Shown here: positions 14,521 through 27,500 of the stretch, piece by piece
Numbering within the stretch: the first letter of the stretch is position 1
Layout of the letters: every line of letters begins with the position of its first letter
Notes under the pieces: model-generated
What the model saw: only the letters and a program-made list of their open reading frames with translations
Told to the model about the DNA's origin: nothing
Database searches by the model: none
Made by a program: the position numbers and the translations under genes
Source: the human T2T-CHM13v2.0 reference genome, Homo sapiens
Length of the DNA: 64,000 nucleotides
Strand: one strand, 5' to 3'
Assembly: GCF_009914755.1 (NCBI RefSeq)
Contig: NC_060930.1

Positions 14521-15591
14521 CTGTCTCTTAAAGGGCCCCACACAGCAACTGGGTTTTCTTCTGCCTGTCTGTGTGTATACTGTGTGTAATGTCTATAAAA
14601 AGAGCTCTAATTAATTTGGCCTAAAGAAAGACGAGCGCTTGGATCTAATATTTTTTAAAGGGAAGATAAAATCTGTCGTACCTTTCAGTTCACGAGACTT
14701 TAATCTTTAAGAAATAAGACAGCCCTAAAGACTATTGGTAAAATGCAGGTCAGATACAAGGTTTGCTAAGTGTTTTAAAGTTATAAACTGCTTTTGGGGT
14801 TTTGAGAACTATTTGACTTGCCAGCTTCACAACTGGTAGGGCCTGGGGACATATGGAACTAACCACACCCTTAATTAAGAAGGCAAACCTTGGCTGCAGT
14901 TCGCACACAATTAAAGCAACCTAACAAGTTTTACCTTAAAGTGAAAATTTGCTAGGAGTTAATTGAAACTACTAGAAATAGATTTACATGCAAGGTGTGT
15001 GGAAACAGTAAACTGTGTTTTTTAGTAAAAGGTTGTAAGAAGGCATGGAAATGTGAACTTTTCCTAGGGTTAAAGGATTGTTTTGAGGGAAAAAGCTGAA
15101 GGTTCAAAGAAGTGGTGGAAGAATTGTGGAACTTAAATCTTGCAAAAGAGGTTCTCTGTGTGAACATATTGACTAAATTCAAAAAAGCGTATTATATGAT
15201 TTTTCTGTAAATTGAGCATTGAAATAAAAGCATAAAAAGGTTTTCCTAAGGCACTAATCTGCTTTTTGGCAAAATTTATAAAGGCATATGAAAGGTTTTT
15301 GCTTCTTTAAAATTTCTGAGTCACGATATTGGCAAAATAAATAACTTATGGTAATTTGGGATTCTATTTCATAATATCAAGTGTTTTAAACCTCAAACAT
15401 TTAACAGCCTTCCCAAAATCAAACTTCAGTTTCAAAATTGTCTTCCCTGGCACCTGACTTTTCAGATGTTTCAGAGGGCCCCTTAAGTGTCCAAAAAAGA
15501 GTGGTAAACAAGATTATTTGACATGTTTAGGTACATAGGATTGCCAAAATGACGCTCAATATTCTTTAGATTATATTTTTGTGAATAATGC

Positions 15592-16353
15592 TGACAGACA
15601 GGACTAGCTGGATTTCCTAGGCTGACTAAGAATTCCTAAGCCTAGCTGGGGAAGGTGGCCATACCCACCTTTAAACACAGGGCTTGTAACTCAGCTCACA
15701 CCCGACCAATCAGGTAGTAAAGACAGCTTACTAAAATACCAATTAGGCTAAAAGCAGCAGGTAAAGAAATAGTCAATCATCTATCGCCTGAGAGCACAGG
15801 GGGAGGGACAATGATTGGGATATAAACCCAGGCATTCGAGCAGGATCGAGCAACCCCCTTTGGGTCCCCTCCCTTGGTGTGGGAGCTCTGTTTTCACTCT
15901 ACTAAATCTTGCAACTGCACACTCTCCTGGTCCGTGTTTGCTCCGGCTTGAGCTGAGCTTTCGCTCGCCGTCCACCACTGCTGATCACCACCGTCGCAGA
16001 CCTGCCACTGACTTCCACCCCTCTGGATCTGGCAGGGTGTCTGCTGCACTTCTGAGTCAGCGAGGCACCCATTGCCGCTCCCAATCAGGCTAGAGGCTCA
16101 CCATTGTTCCTCCGTGGCTAAGTGCCCGGGTTTGTCCTAATTGAGCTGAACACTAGTTGCTGGGTTCCACGGTTCTCTTCCGTGACCCATGGCTTCTAAT
16201 AGAGCTATAACACACACTGCATGGCCCGAGGTTCCATTTCTTGGAATCCGTGAGGCCAAGGACCCCAGGTCAGAGAGCAAGAGGCTTGCTGCCATCTTGG
16301 GAGTGGCCCACCACCATCTTGGGAGCTCTGGGAGCAAAGACCTGCCAGTAACA
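15592..16353 (+). mobile_element. Full-length solo LTR17 (HERV-W LTR)
   Basis: TGACAGACAGGACTAGCTGGATTTCCTAGG...GTAACA; CCAAT and TATA (GATATAAA) present; TSD ATGC (15588-15591 / 16354-16357). Confidence 0.92.
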
Positions 16354-16487
16354 ATGCTAATGTATGTTCCAAAATTGTATGAACTTTCTAAAATTCTAAT
16401 GTCTAAGTATATGCTACCAATCATAATTAAGGTTGTTAAGTTATTGTAAACCACAGAGATAACCAAACTTCTTTGTCAATTGTGTTT

Positions 16488-18226
16488 TTTTTTTTATACT
16501 TTAAGTTTTAGGGTACATGTGCGCAACGTGGAGGTTTGTTACATATGTATACGTGTGCCATGTCGGTGTGCTGCACCCATTAACTAGTCATTTAACATTA
16601 GGTATATCTCCTAATGCTATCCCTTCCCCCTCCCCCCACCCCACCCCACCCCACCCCACAACAGGCCCTGGTGTGTGATGTTCCCCTTCCTGTGTCCATG
16701 TGTTCTCATTGTTCAATTCCCACCAATGAGTGAGAACATGCTGTGTCTGTGTGTCCAGAATTGGTGGGTTCTTGGTCTCACTGACTTCAAGAATGAAGCC
16801 GCGGACACTTGCGGTGAGTGTTACAGCTCTTAAGGTGGCGCGCCTGGAGTTTGTTCCTTCTGACGTTCAAATGTGTTTGGAGTTTCTTCCTTCTGGTGGG
16901 TTCATGGTCTCGCTGGCTTCAGGAGTGAAGCTGCAGACTTTCACGGTGAGTGTTACAGCTCATAAAAGCAGTGTGGACCCAAAGAGTGACCACTAGCAAG
17001 ATTTACTGCAAAGAGCGAAAGAACAAAGCTTCCACACAGTGGAAGGAGACCCGAGTGGGTTGCCACTGCTGGCTCTGGCAGCCTGCTTTTATTCTCTTAT
17101 CTGTCCCCACCCACGTCCTGCTGATTGGTAGAGCCCAGTGGTCTGTTTTGACAGGGCACTGATTGGTGCATTTACAATCCCTGAGCTAGACATAAAGGTG
17201 CTCCACATCCCCATCACATCAGTTAGATACAGAGTATGGACACAAAGGTTCTTCCAGGCCCCACCAGAGCAGCTAGATATGGAGTGTCGATTGGTGCATT
17301 CACAAACGCTGAGCTAGACACAGGGTGCTGATTGGTGTGTTTACAAACCTTGAGCTAGATACAGAGTGCTGATTGGTGTATTTACAATCCCTGAGCTAGA
17401 CATAAAGGTTCTCCACATACCCACCAGACTCAGGAGCCCAGCTGGCTTCACCCAGTGGATCCTGCACCGGGGCTGCAGGTGGAGCTGTCTGACAGTCCCG
17501 CGCCATGCGCTTGCACTCCTCAGCCCTTGGGTGGTCGATGGGACTGGGCCGTGGAGCAGGGGGTGGCGCTCGTCAGGGAGGCTCAGCTGCACAGGAGCCC
17601 ATGGAGGGGGTGGGAGGCTCAGGCATGGCGGGCTGCACGTCCCGAGCCTTGCCCCGCGGGAAGGCAGCTAAGGCCCGGTGAGAAATTGAGCACAGCGCTG
17701 GTGGGCTGGCACTGCTTGGGGACCCAGTACACCCTCCACAGCTGCTGGCCCGGGTGCTAAGTCCCTCATTGCCCAGGGCCAGCAGGGTTGACCGGCTGCT
17801 CCAAGTGCGGCCCGCCAAGCCCACGCCCACCCAGAACTCCAGCTGGCCTGCAAGGGCCGCACGTAGCCCCGGTTCCCGCTCGCGCCTCTCCCTTCACACC
17901 TCCCTGCAAGCTGAGGGAGTGGGCTCCGGCCTTGGCCAGCCCAGAAAGGGGCTCCCACAGGCCAGCCCAGAAAGGGGCTCCCACAGTGCAGCGGCAGGCT
18001 GAAGGGCTCCTCAAGTGCCACCAAAGTGGGAGCCCAGGCAGAGGAGGCACCGAGAGCGAGTGAGGGCTGTGAGGACTGCCAGCACGCTGTCACCTCTCAT
18101 TTGGTTTTTTGTCCTTGTGATAGTTTGCTGAGAATGATGGTTTCCAGCTTCATCCATGTCCCTACAAAGGACATGAACTCATCATTTTTTATGGCTGCAT
18201 AGTATTCATGGTGTATATGTGCCACA
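16488..18226 (-). mobile_element. 5'-truncated L1PA (L1PA4/5-like) 3' end, split by LTR12C
   Basis: L1 3'UTR on both sides of the LTR; 16-bp TSD TTTGTCAATTGTGTTT (16472-16487 / 18227-18242). Confidence 0.9.
16750..18099 (-). mobile_element. Solo LTR12C (ERV9 LTR)
   Basis: Minus strand begins TGAGAGGTGACAGCGTGCTGGC; tandem ATTGG/GATA repeat units; GC-rich U3; TSD TCTG/TTTG. Confidence 0.93.
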
Positions 18227-18320
18227 TTTGTCAATTGTGTTTCTAATTGTAACTATCCTGGACATTTTGATATTCACAGACAATTGTTGTCTTGTTCTAA
18301 TCCTTTTCATAGATGGTTTA

Positions 18321-18888
18321 TGTTAAAATACCAAAATTGTTAGAAATAGATAATTGGTGCCATGAAGAAAAGTCAGCATGGAGACAAAAGATCTCTCAGC
18401 AAGGCAATCTTTACTTTCTGCAGAAAGGATGCTCAGTCGCAGATGGAACAATGGTGAGAGCACACCTGAACAAAGGAAAAGCAGACATATTTATCATTTA
18501 TGCATTTGGGTCATCCTTACTGCTGTGTCCTGCATGCATTGGCTGGAGTTGGACCTCACACTCTTAAACTGATACCCTATTTGCTAATAACCTAAAACTT
18601 TCCTAAATAGGTAAGTGCAGGGAAGAACAAAGGAGGAGAGGAAGTTGCTTACAGAAGGTTTAAGGAAGCAATAACATTACCAAATAAGCCAGGGGCATAA
18701 GCTATGAGCTAAGACTTGCCTGGGCCTGTCCAGACATGCCTGAGTAAGCCAAAGCAACTAACTGGGCTAAAGTGTAAGAACTAATAGTTGATAGGAGGCT
18801 TTAGAGTAAGGAACTATTATTCCTAGTGTCTATTATTTTATTTTTAAACCAAGATGAGCTTTGAAGAAGAACTTTTCTACTCTCTACA
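18321..18888 (-). mobile_element. Solo LTR10C-like (HERV-I group) LTR
   Basis: TG...CA termini; 5-bp TSD GTTTA (18316-18320 / 18889-18893). Confidence 0.82.
18712..18741. promoter_or_regulatory. Candidate p53 response element (three tandem half-sites)
   Basis: AGACTTGCCT-GGGCCTGTCC-AGACATGCCT against RRRCWWGYYY: two perfect, one with a single mismatch, no spacers. Confidence 0.6.
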
Positions 18889-19148
18889 GTTTATAATGAG
18901 CTATAGAACTTTAACAGGAGGTCTCAAATACAGGCTTCTGATAACTTTAGAGATTGTAACATTGGAATAAAGGAAAATGTACAAGACTCATGAAGAGCGG
19001 AAATGTTCACAAATATCAAGCAAAACAAGAGTTAACTAAATGGACTGAACTCAGAAAGCTGAAGCAACCTTTTTGTTTTTTGCTTGGAATATTGCTGATC
19101 CTTGTTTTGTTTTTCAAAGTCAAGGAAACTTATTTTAAACTATTTACC

Positions 19149-20151
<1,003 letters not shown>

Positions 20152-20635
20152 GGTCAACAGCCTGGGAGAGAGAAAGCATCCTCAAACCAAGAAGAGTTTT
20201 CTATTAAAGAGGAATGTTGGGAGAACAATATAAAAACTCATGGACATTAAAAATATGATAGGAACAGAAACAAAAAATAAACTGACTAACTGATGATTTA
20301 ACTCTATGAAAAATAGCAGTCAGAGGAGTTCTATAATTTTGTTGGAGAATTTGTGAAGAATTTGTGCTAGTAATATAAAGTTAAGCTTAAATAAAATGTC
20401 AGTATCTATAGGAAAACACAAAAATGTTGTACAAGAAAGAAAATAGAATTATATTATTTGGCTTGGCAGTGAATAACAATTATGTGATCAAAATAGCAGA
20501 AACACTGAACATTGACTGAAAATGATTGTTATCACTGAGTTGGAAGGTGGGAAAGTGGCAGTAAGACATAAAATAAAACTGTCAAATCCTTATAATAAGA
20601 AGTCAATAATTAATGTATCAAGTTGATAAATTTGA

Positions 20636-21031
20636 TGTTAAATCAAGTTAAGCCTACAGCTGCCTCCTTACATATTTTAAGTTCAGCCTAAAGGTTTCTT
20701 TGTTCATCATGAACTATAGCCTAAATGGAGTTTGATACAGACCGTAGCCAACTCTTGTACCAATTACTGAGTTTTGGGCAATCAAAGGTGGCCAAGTGTT
20801 CAAACCATGTTCAAATAAGGCAAACACCCAGGTATCACCAATCCAGGTGTTTCTGTAGCTCACTTCTGTTTTCTGTACATCACTTTCCATTTCCTGTCCA
20901 TAAATATTCCACCACATAGCTTCACTGGAGTCTCTGAGCCTACTCTGGCTTAACATGCTGCTCAATTTGTGGATTATTCTTTGCTCAATTAAACTCTTAA
21001 AATTAATTTGGCTAAGGTTATTCTTTTAACA
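20636..21031 (+). mobile_element. MER57 5' LTR
   Basis: TGTTAAATCAAG...TTTTAACA; homologous to 31945-33123; followed by tRNA-Leu-like PBS TGGTGTGAGAAGTGAGAT (21034-21051). Confidence 0.87.
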
Positions 21032-21485
21032 AATGGTGTGAGAAGTGAGATCTGAAGTAGAGCTTCTAACAACCCCCCTGAGCGCTGAGTGACCAAGTGA
21101 GGTACCCACCGGGCCCATTATGTACATTGCTCTCTCAGAGCAGCTGGAGATTGTGGTAAATTCCCTCTTGAATTCCAAAGCTCTATGGATTTGTATTTTG
21201 AGCTCTCTGAGTTTCTTTGAGCAAATTTCTGATCCAAACTGGGTTTGGAAGTCCCAACAGAAACTGGACTGGGTCCACGATTGAATTGGATCTGATAATT
21301 AACTGGCTTGAATCCAGTTAGATGACTCTTATGGAGGACTGAGTGGCAATACTGCAGGGGCTGTAGCTGTAAAATTTGGCTTTTGGAAATTCGCAGGGAT
21401 TTTTGTGTTTACCTATTTTGTTTTATTTTTCTTGCACATTCAAGTAGGAAAAAATCTTTGGCTAAGTTGACCAGGGAACCTGAGA

Positions 21486-21937
21486 GCATTTCAATGGGAG
21501 GATCCAGTCACAGGCACAAAGGAACAGCTCACCTGGACTAGACTCCCACAAGGATAAAAAACTCTCCCACAATCTTTGCAGAGGCATTGGCTGCTGACCT
21601 CAAGGCCTACACCCCACCGGACGACAACTGCACCTTGCTACAATATGTGGATGACCTCCTTTTGACAGCCCCAATACGCAAGGACTGCTACTGAGGAACC
21701 CAAGGTCTCCCCCACCTCCTATAGAAGGTCAGATATAAGGTGTCCAAGAGAAAAGCTCAAATTTGCCAACAGAAGGTCAAATATTTGGGCTTCGTAGTGA
21801 CCCAAGGGGAAAGCCAGCTAGGCATTGAATGAAAACAGGCTGTTTGTGCACTCCCAATTCCAGCTACCTGGCACCAGATAAGAGATAAGATAAGAGAGAT
21901 AAGAGAGTTCTTGGTGGCAGCAGGGTTCTGCCATATC
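21486..21937 (+). repeat. Inverted copy of the provirus RT segment 26880-27311 (includes YVDD codons 21644-21655)
   Basis: About 20 substitutions over ~430 bp by manual alignment, plus a short AGATAAG tandem expansion. Confidence 0.93.
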
Positions 21938-22134
21938 CTCCCACCTCAGCCTCCTGAGTAGCTGAGACCACAGGCATGTACCACCGTGTCTGGCTAATTT
22001 TTTATATTTTTGGTAGAGATGATGTTTTGTCATGTTGCCCAGACTGGTCTCAAACTCGTGAGCTCAGGTGATCCACCTGTCTTGGCCTCCCAAAGTGTTG
22101 GGATTACAGGTGTAATTGGCCACCACGCCTGGCC
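21935..22134 (-). mobile_element. AluJ-like element lacking its 3' end and tail
   Basis: Left arm plus part of right arm; directly abuts the RT copy. Confidence 0.85.
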
Positions 22135-23121
22135 AATTGTCATTTTCAGTGCATGTTTTCTGGTTGTATAAAAACTTTCCCATGCAAGAGAGCTGTTGTA
22201 ACAGTAATAGCTCACTTTACAAAAGTATATATATTTTCACCAGGTAAAAAAAAATACATGGTCTACTCAGTGAAGAAAATCAACCTCTTCATGGTCTACT
22301 GACTGGGGAAAATCAACCTCTTCACAATCTAGAACCTGAAGATTGGATCTTTTGAGAACATCAGAGAAAGGCTGTTCTTGCCATACACACTGCAGCAAAA
22401 CTTCAGGACCTTGACCCACAGTTTTAAGTTCATAATCTCACAACTCGGAAAGGTCCCTCTACATTCTTGGAACTGTACACCTATTGGAAACCTTAAGGTA
22501 AAGCTAAACAGGGAAGTTTATTCCCAGAAGATGGCATCTTTGATGTGGACAGCTTTTTCCCAAGATCACAGATCAAGATTTCTCTACTATTATGAGATTC
22601 TTTAATTTTTTTTCCCTTGCTTATGCCTCTATGAACAATAGAAGTGAAAAGCGGGTCTGTTTTGTGAATTCATGGGGTTTACTTTTACTTGTGAAAGATT
22701 TTGCAGCCAGCCTTCTACATGGTTAATCTTATACTTTGATATATGGAAGATGAAGGCCCAGTGTGAGTGAGAAATTTCGATGGTACGTACTCATGATCAG
22801 TCAGAAACAAAACACTGATGCACTCATCTTACCTACATCATGGGTTGAAGAGAACATTGCCAGGAGGCCTTCACTCTTCTAAAGGGCATCATTTGTTAGG
22901 TCTTTGTTTTTTTATGATTTGGAGTAAGTGAAGCAATGTTTAGAAATTTATCCGTAGTGATAGGTTCTATAGCAGATTCTACTGTCAAGGCAGACTTTAA
23001 ATTCTTTTGTGAACATTATGATAAATAATAGAATTGCTCTAGATGACTTACTGGCTGAAAAAAGAAGTGTCTGTGTTGTGGGAATCAAAGGACAGGAGAG
23101 ACCAATGGGTTGGACAGGAGG

Positions 23122-24540
23122 CCCCTGAGCATTTAGCTGGCAGCTGCCAATATGCCTGCAGTCCACAGATCCAATAGAGGCCAGAGGGCGCCTGCCAGGT
23201 ATTTGGAGCTTCAAGTTGATACCAAGAGTGGTTTAAAGAGGGGAAACGGGAGAATGAACCTGGGTGGGGCAATTTGAAATCATTCTTTCTGCCCCACCAT
23301 AAAGTCTTTCCTAGCATTTCATTGTAATGTTATTGTCCTAGGCAAGTTAACTCTCCTACTGGATCTGCAAATGCTTTTCCCCAGTGAGCAATGCAGAACT
23401 TCCCAATAACAGAGGTTTTTAAGAACCAAATGCTCGGGCTCATGAACGTAGGTTCAGGGGAAGAGACAGTCAGAGTGAAGTTATCTTGGGGCATCAGCTC
23501 TCTTGCCTCCCATGGCTATTGGTCCCCCATGGTGGTTCCCTCACAAATGTAGCATGAGGAGATGTGTAAGCTGCTGGCTATGTTTTCAGCCAGTTGGGTG
23601 AACAGGTTTCTGGCTAAGAGAAAGGGTTTAGGCAACTCCTGGTGGATATGCTCATAGAATGACTCAAAAACTTGAAATTGTTGGGTTGAATGCTTAATCC
23701 GGGTTTTTTTTGGATAATATATAAATAGACTCCTGGATCTGTTCCTTGACCGCTGATCTGTAATGTCATGGGGTAACCTGTAGTCCCTATGGGAAGATCT
23801 TGCTTTAAGATAGCGAAATTTAAAGGATTGCAAGTTTTCGTCTTACAATGTGATTTTACCGGCATTTTGGTAAGAGTTACTGCCCCCTGTGGTGTTCTTG
23901 CACTTTCCACAGGGTCTGTGGACCATGTTGTGCAGTCCTGACAGTCTTTTTCTGGGGAGTAGGGGGAGCAAAGAGGGGTTCCCTATTGATTGGTTCCTTT
24001 CCTTGGAGCACATATATATTTGTGACAGTTACTATAGCATCTCTCCCATGATAGGCTACCACAGGAGACTACGAGATAGGGACCTATGTATGTTGCTTGG
24101 CAAGCATCAAAATATAAGGAAATGACCTCCCCCTGGGAGGGAGGGACTTTGGTTTGGTTCAGAAGTCTTCCTTCTTTTGACCCAACATAAACTTTAAACC
24201 AGGCTTCAGAAGGTGAGGACTTAGGGTCATAAAATATATAAGGCTGGCCATTTTCTGGGTCACAGATTGAGTAGTTTGTCTGGTTGTGTGTACAAGTTCC
24301 CCCAGGGGGTCCCTGTACACTCATAATAAGTGTGGTACAACAGGGTTCTGGTTATGTTGCTCCCTGACCCCATAGTATGAGTGCAGGGGGCCATCCTTCT
24401 ATGGGTCCCTCTCCCAACACGGATAAGGGTAGTATTATAGTTAGGAGAAAAAGAAGTATGTATTGTTGACGTACTTGCATGTTCCACTCTAACTTCGGCC
24501 GGTCATAGACTAGCCTGCTTCTGGGGTGACTGGAGCAGGG
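23122..24540 (-). pseudogene. ERV3-like env (SU only) pseudogene
   Basis: [51 protein letters not shown] closely resemble ERV3-1 Env as recalled; fragmented, TM absent. Confidence 0.85.
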
Positions 24541-24589
24541 CTGTTGCCTCCTCAAGCTTCAGCTGTGCATAGACAGGTCAGCTTCCGGA

Positions 24590-27500
24590 GTGACCAGAGC
24601 AGAGCTGCTGTCATCCCTAATGGCAACTTGGTCCCGTCGTAGGATCAGCCAGCTTGGATGGTCTGGGTCCTGTGGGCTGGTCCACTTGTCTTGGATTGCT
24701 GGTTTTAGCCGACTGTGGTGGATTCAAGGCACAATTCCTGTAACTTTAATAGCAGTGGGAGTAGCCAACATCACAGTATGGGGGCACTCCCATATGGGTC
24801 CCAGAGTGGTTGGATTCCATTTCTCAACCCAAACAGAGTCCCCAGGTTTAAAGGGGGCATACTGAGTCTGTCAGGCTTATGGGTATTCTCTCCTGTACCT
24901 AGCCATGGACACCTTGCATGCCTATCCCTAAGGCCTGCATTTGCCTTCTCAAGGTCAATTCCCCTAGTTCATGGACATCACCCTTAATTTGACCTATGAT
25001 TGAGGGTGGCTGGCCGAACAAGATCTCATGGGGTAAATACCCAGTTTGTTTGGTGGGGATACACCTGACTCAGAGGAGGACCATGGGCAGGACTTGATCC
25101 CATCTCAGATGAGTTTCCTAGCAATATTTCTTTAGTAGCTGTTTGAGTGTCTGGTTCATGTGCTCTACTTTTCCTGAGCTCTGTGAGGAACTAACAGCCA
25201 TGTTAGTTCCTGAACTATTTCAGCTACAAATGCTGGTCTATTGTCTGAATCTAGAGTCAGGAGCAGTCCAAATCTGGGGATAATGTCTCTTAACAGTATT
25301 TTAGTCACTTCTCGTGCTTTCTCTGTTTGGGTAGGGAAAGCCTCAACCCATCCCAAAAAGGTGCAGATGAATACTAGCATGTACTGGCAGCCCTCCCCGC
25401 TCAGGGCAGCTCGGTGAAGTCCATAAGTAGATTTTCACAGGGTGTGGCTCCCATTTCCTGAATCCCTGGGGGCCGAGTAAGCCCTTGTCATGGGTTGTTC
25501 TGGGCACAAATTAGACATTGTTCACAAATGGCTCAGGTGATGGCTGTGAGCCGTGGTCCATAGAAACGGTGTCCCAGTAGCGTTTCCAGTGCCGTTTCCC
25601 CCATATGATTTCCTTGATGGAATTGTTATACAAATTTGGGGGCCACCATTTCAGGGATGGCTAGTCTCCCACTGGAGAATCTCCACCACCTCTCTCAATG
25701 TATTTTCCAGATTCTCGGCTAAACCAGGCCTTCGCATTTGGAGAATAACTTAGGACCACCAGGAGGGGAGGCTCTGGGAGGAGGGCCATAGCCAGGGCTT
25801 CTTCCCTAAGATGCGGAGTGGTCATAGCTGCCCATTTTGCTTCCCTGTCTGCCTTTTTGTTTCCTTTGGGCTGGCCTCCAGTGTTCCCGCCCTTTGGTTC
25901 CCCCTGCAGTGTATAATAGCTACCTTCTTTGGGGCCCATACAGCATCTAAGAGTTGTAGAATTTCCTCCTTATACTTTATTTCTTTACCCCCAGCAGTTA
26001 AGAGTTCTCTCTCCTTATATATAGCTCCATGAACATGCAATGTGGAAAAGGCATATTTAGAATCAGTATAAACATTGACCCTTTTGCCCCTCGCCAGCAA
26101 ACAGGCCCTCGTCAGGGATATTAGTTCTGCCTTCTGGGCTGATGTTCTGGTGGGCAGAGGCTGAGCCTCCACCACTAAGTCCAATGTTACCACCACATAC
26201 TCAGCCCAGTGGACCCCTTCCAGTATAAAACTGCTTCCATCTGTGAAGTATTCAACATCTGGGACTCTAAGGGGGTGGTCCATGAGATCTCCCCAGCTCA
26301 AGAATACTTCATCTACTATTTCCACACAGTTATGAAGTGGGGCTCCCGGTTCGACTGGGAGCAAGTTGGCCGGGTTAAGGGTGTTTACTGTTTCTAAAGT
26401 TATGTGGGGATTTTCACATAGGAGCCCCTGGTACTGAGTCATCCTTGGATTCAATAACCAATGGTGCCCTCTCTGATCCATTAAAGTTATAATCGAATGC
26501 AGTACCCAAATAGTCAGTTTTGCCCTAAAGTCAATTTGTCAGCTTCCTGTGTCAGTATGGTGGTGGCAGCTAGTGCCCTAAGGCAAGGAAGCTACCCTAG
26601 CACCACGGAGTCCTGTTGTTTGGATGAATATGTCATCGGGCGATGCAATGATTCTATGACTTAAGTCAGGACTCCTATAGCCATTCCCTTTCATTCATGG
26701 ACATATAGAAAGAAAGGCTTAGTTATATCCGGCAGTCCTAAGGCTGGGGCCTAAGTTATGGCTTCTTTGATTTGTTTAAATGCCCTTTACTGATCAGCCT
26801 CCCAGAGGACGGGCTCCCTTTCCCCACCCTTTGTGTCTTCATATAAGGGCTTGGCCATAAGTGAGAAATTTGGGATCCAGATATGGCAGAACCCTGCCAC
26901 CACCAAGAACTCTCTTATCTGGTGCCGGGTAGTTGGAATTGGGAGTGTTCAAACAGCCTGTTTTCATTCAATGCCTAGCTGGTGTTCCCCTTGGGTCACT
27001 ATGAAGCCCAAATATTTGACCTTCTGTTGGCAAATTTGAGCTTTTCTCTTGGACACCTTATATCTGGCCTTCTATAGGAGGTGGGGGAGGCCTTGGGTTC
27101 CCCAGTAGCAGTCCTTCCGGGTTGGGGCCATCAAAAGGAGGTCATCCACATATTGTAGCAAGGTGCAGTTGTCATCTGGTGGGGTGTAGGCCTTGAGGTC
27201 GGCAGCCAATGCCTCTGCAAAGATTGTGGGAGAGTTTTTTTATCCTTGTGGGAGTCTAGTCCAGGTGAGCTGTTCCTTTGTGCCTGTGACTGGATCCTCC
27301 CATTGAAATGCAAAAATGGGCTGACTAATTGGTGGCAGGTGAAGGCAGAAGAAAGCATCTTTTAAGTCCAGACAAGTAAACCAGGCTGCACTAGCCGGAA
27401 TGAGTCCCATCAATGTGTACGGGTTTGGTACCATTGGGTGGATGGTTACAGTAGCCTGCAAGTCCTGCACCAGTCTGCATTCATTCATTCAGTCCTGCAC

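Larger units (their letters stand above)
13361..19148 (+). mobile_element. MER61-int (MER4-group non-coding ERV internal region), 3'-truncated, hosting four direct insertions
   Basis: Starts at the PBS; AT-rich MER4-group internal text resumes after every TSD; no 3' LTR found. Confidence 0.7.

Noticed and set aside
17110-17430. Repeat-spacer-like pattern suggestive of CRISPR (likewise 56366-56532)
   Set aside because: These are the known LTR12 enhancer tandem units and a minisatellite; no unique spacers, no cas genes, eukaryotic context
25822-26481. 219-aa RNase H-containing ORF as a domesticated gene
   Set aside because: Just the longest stop-free piece of a heavily disrupted pol; it frameshifts before the end of the domain
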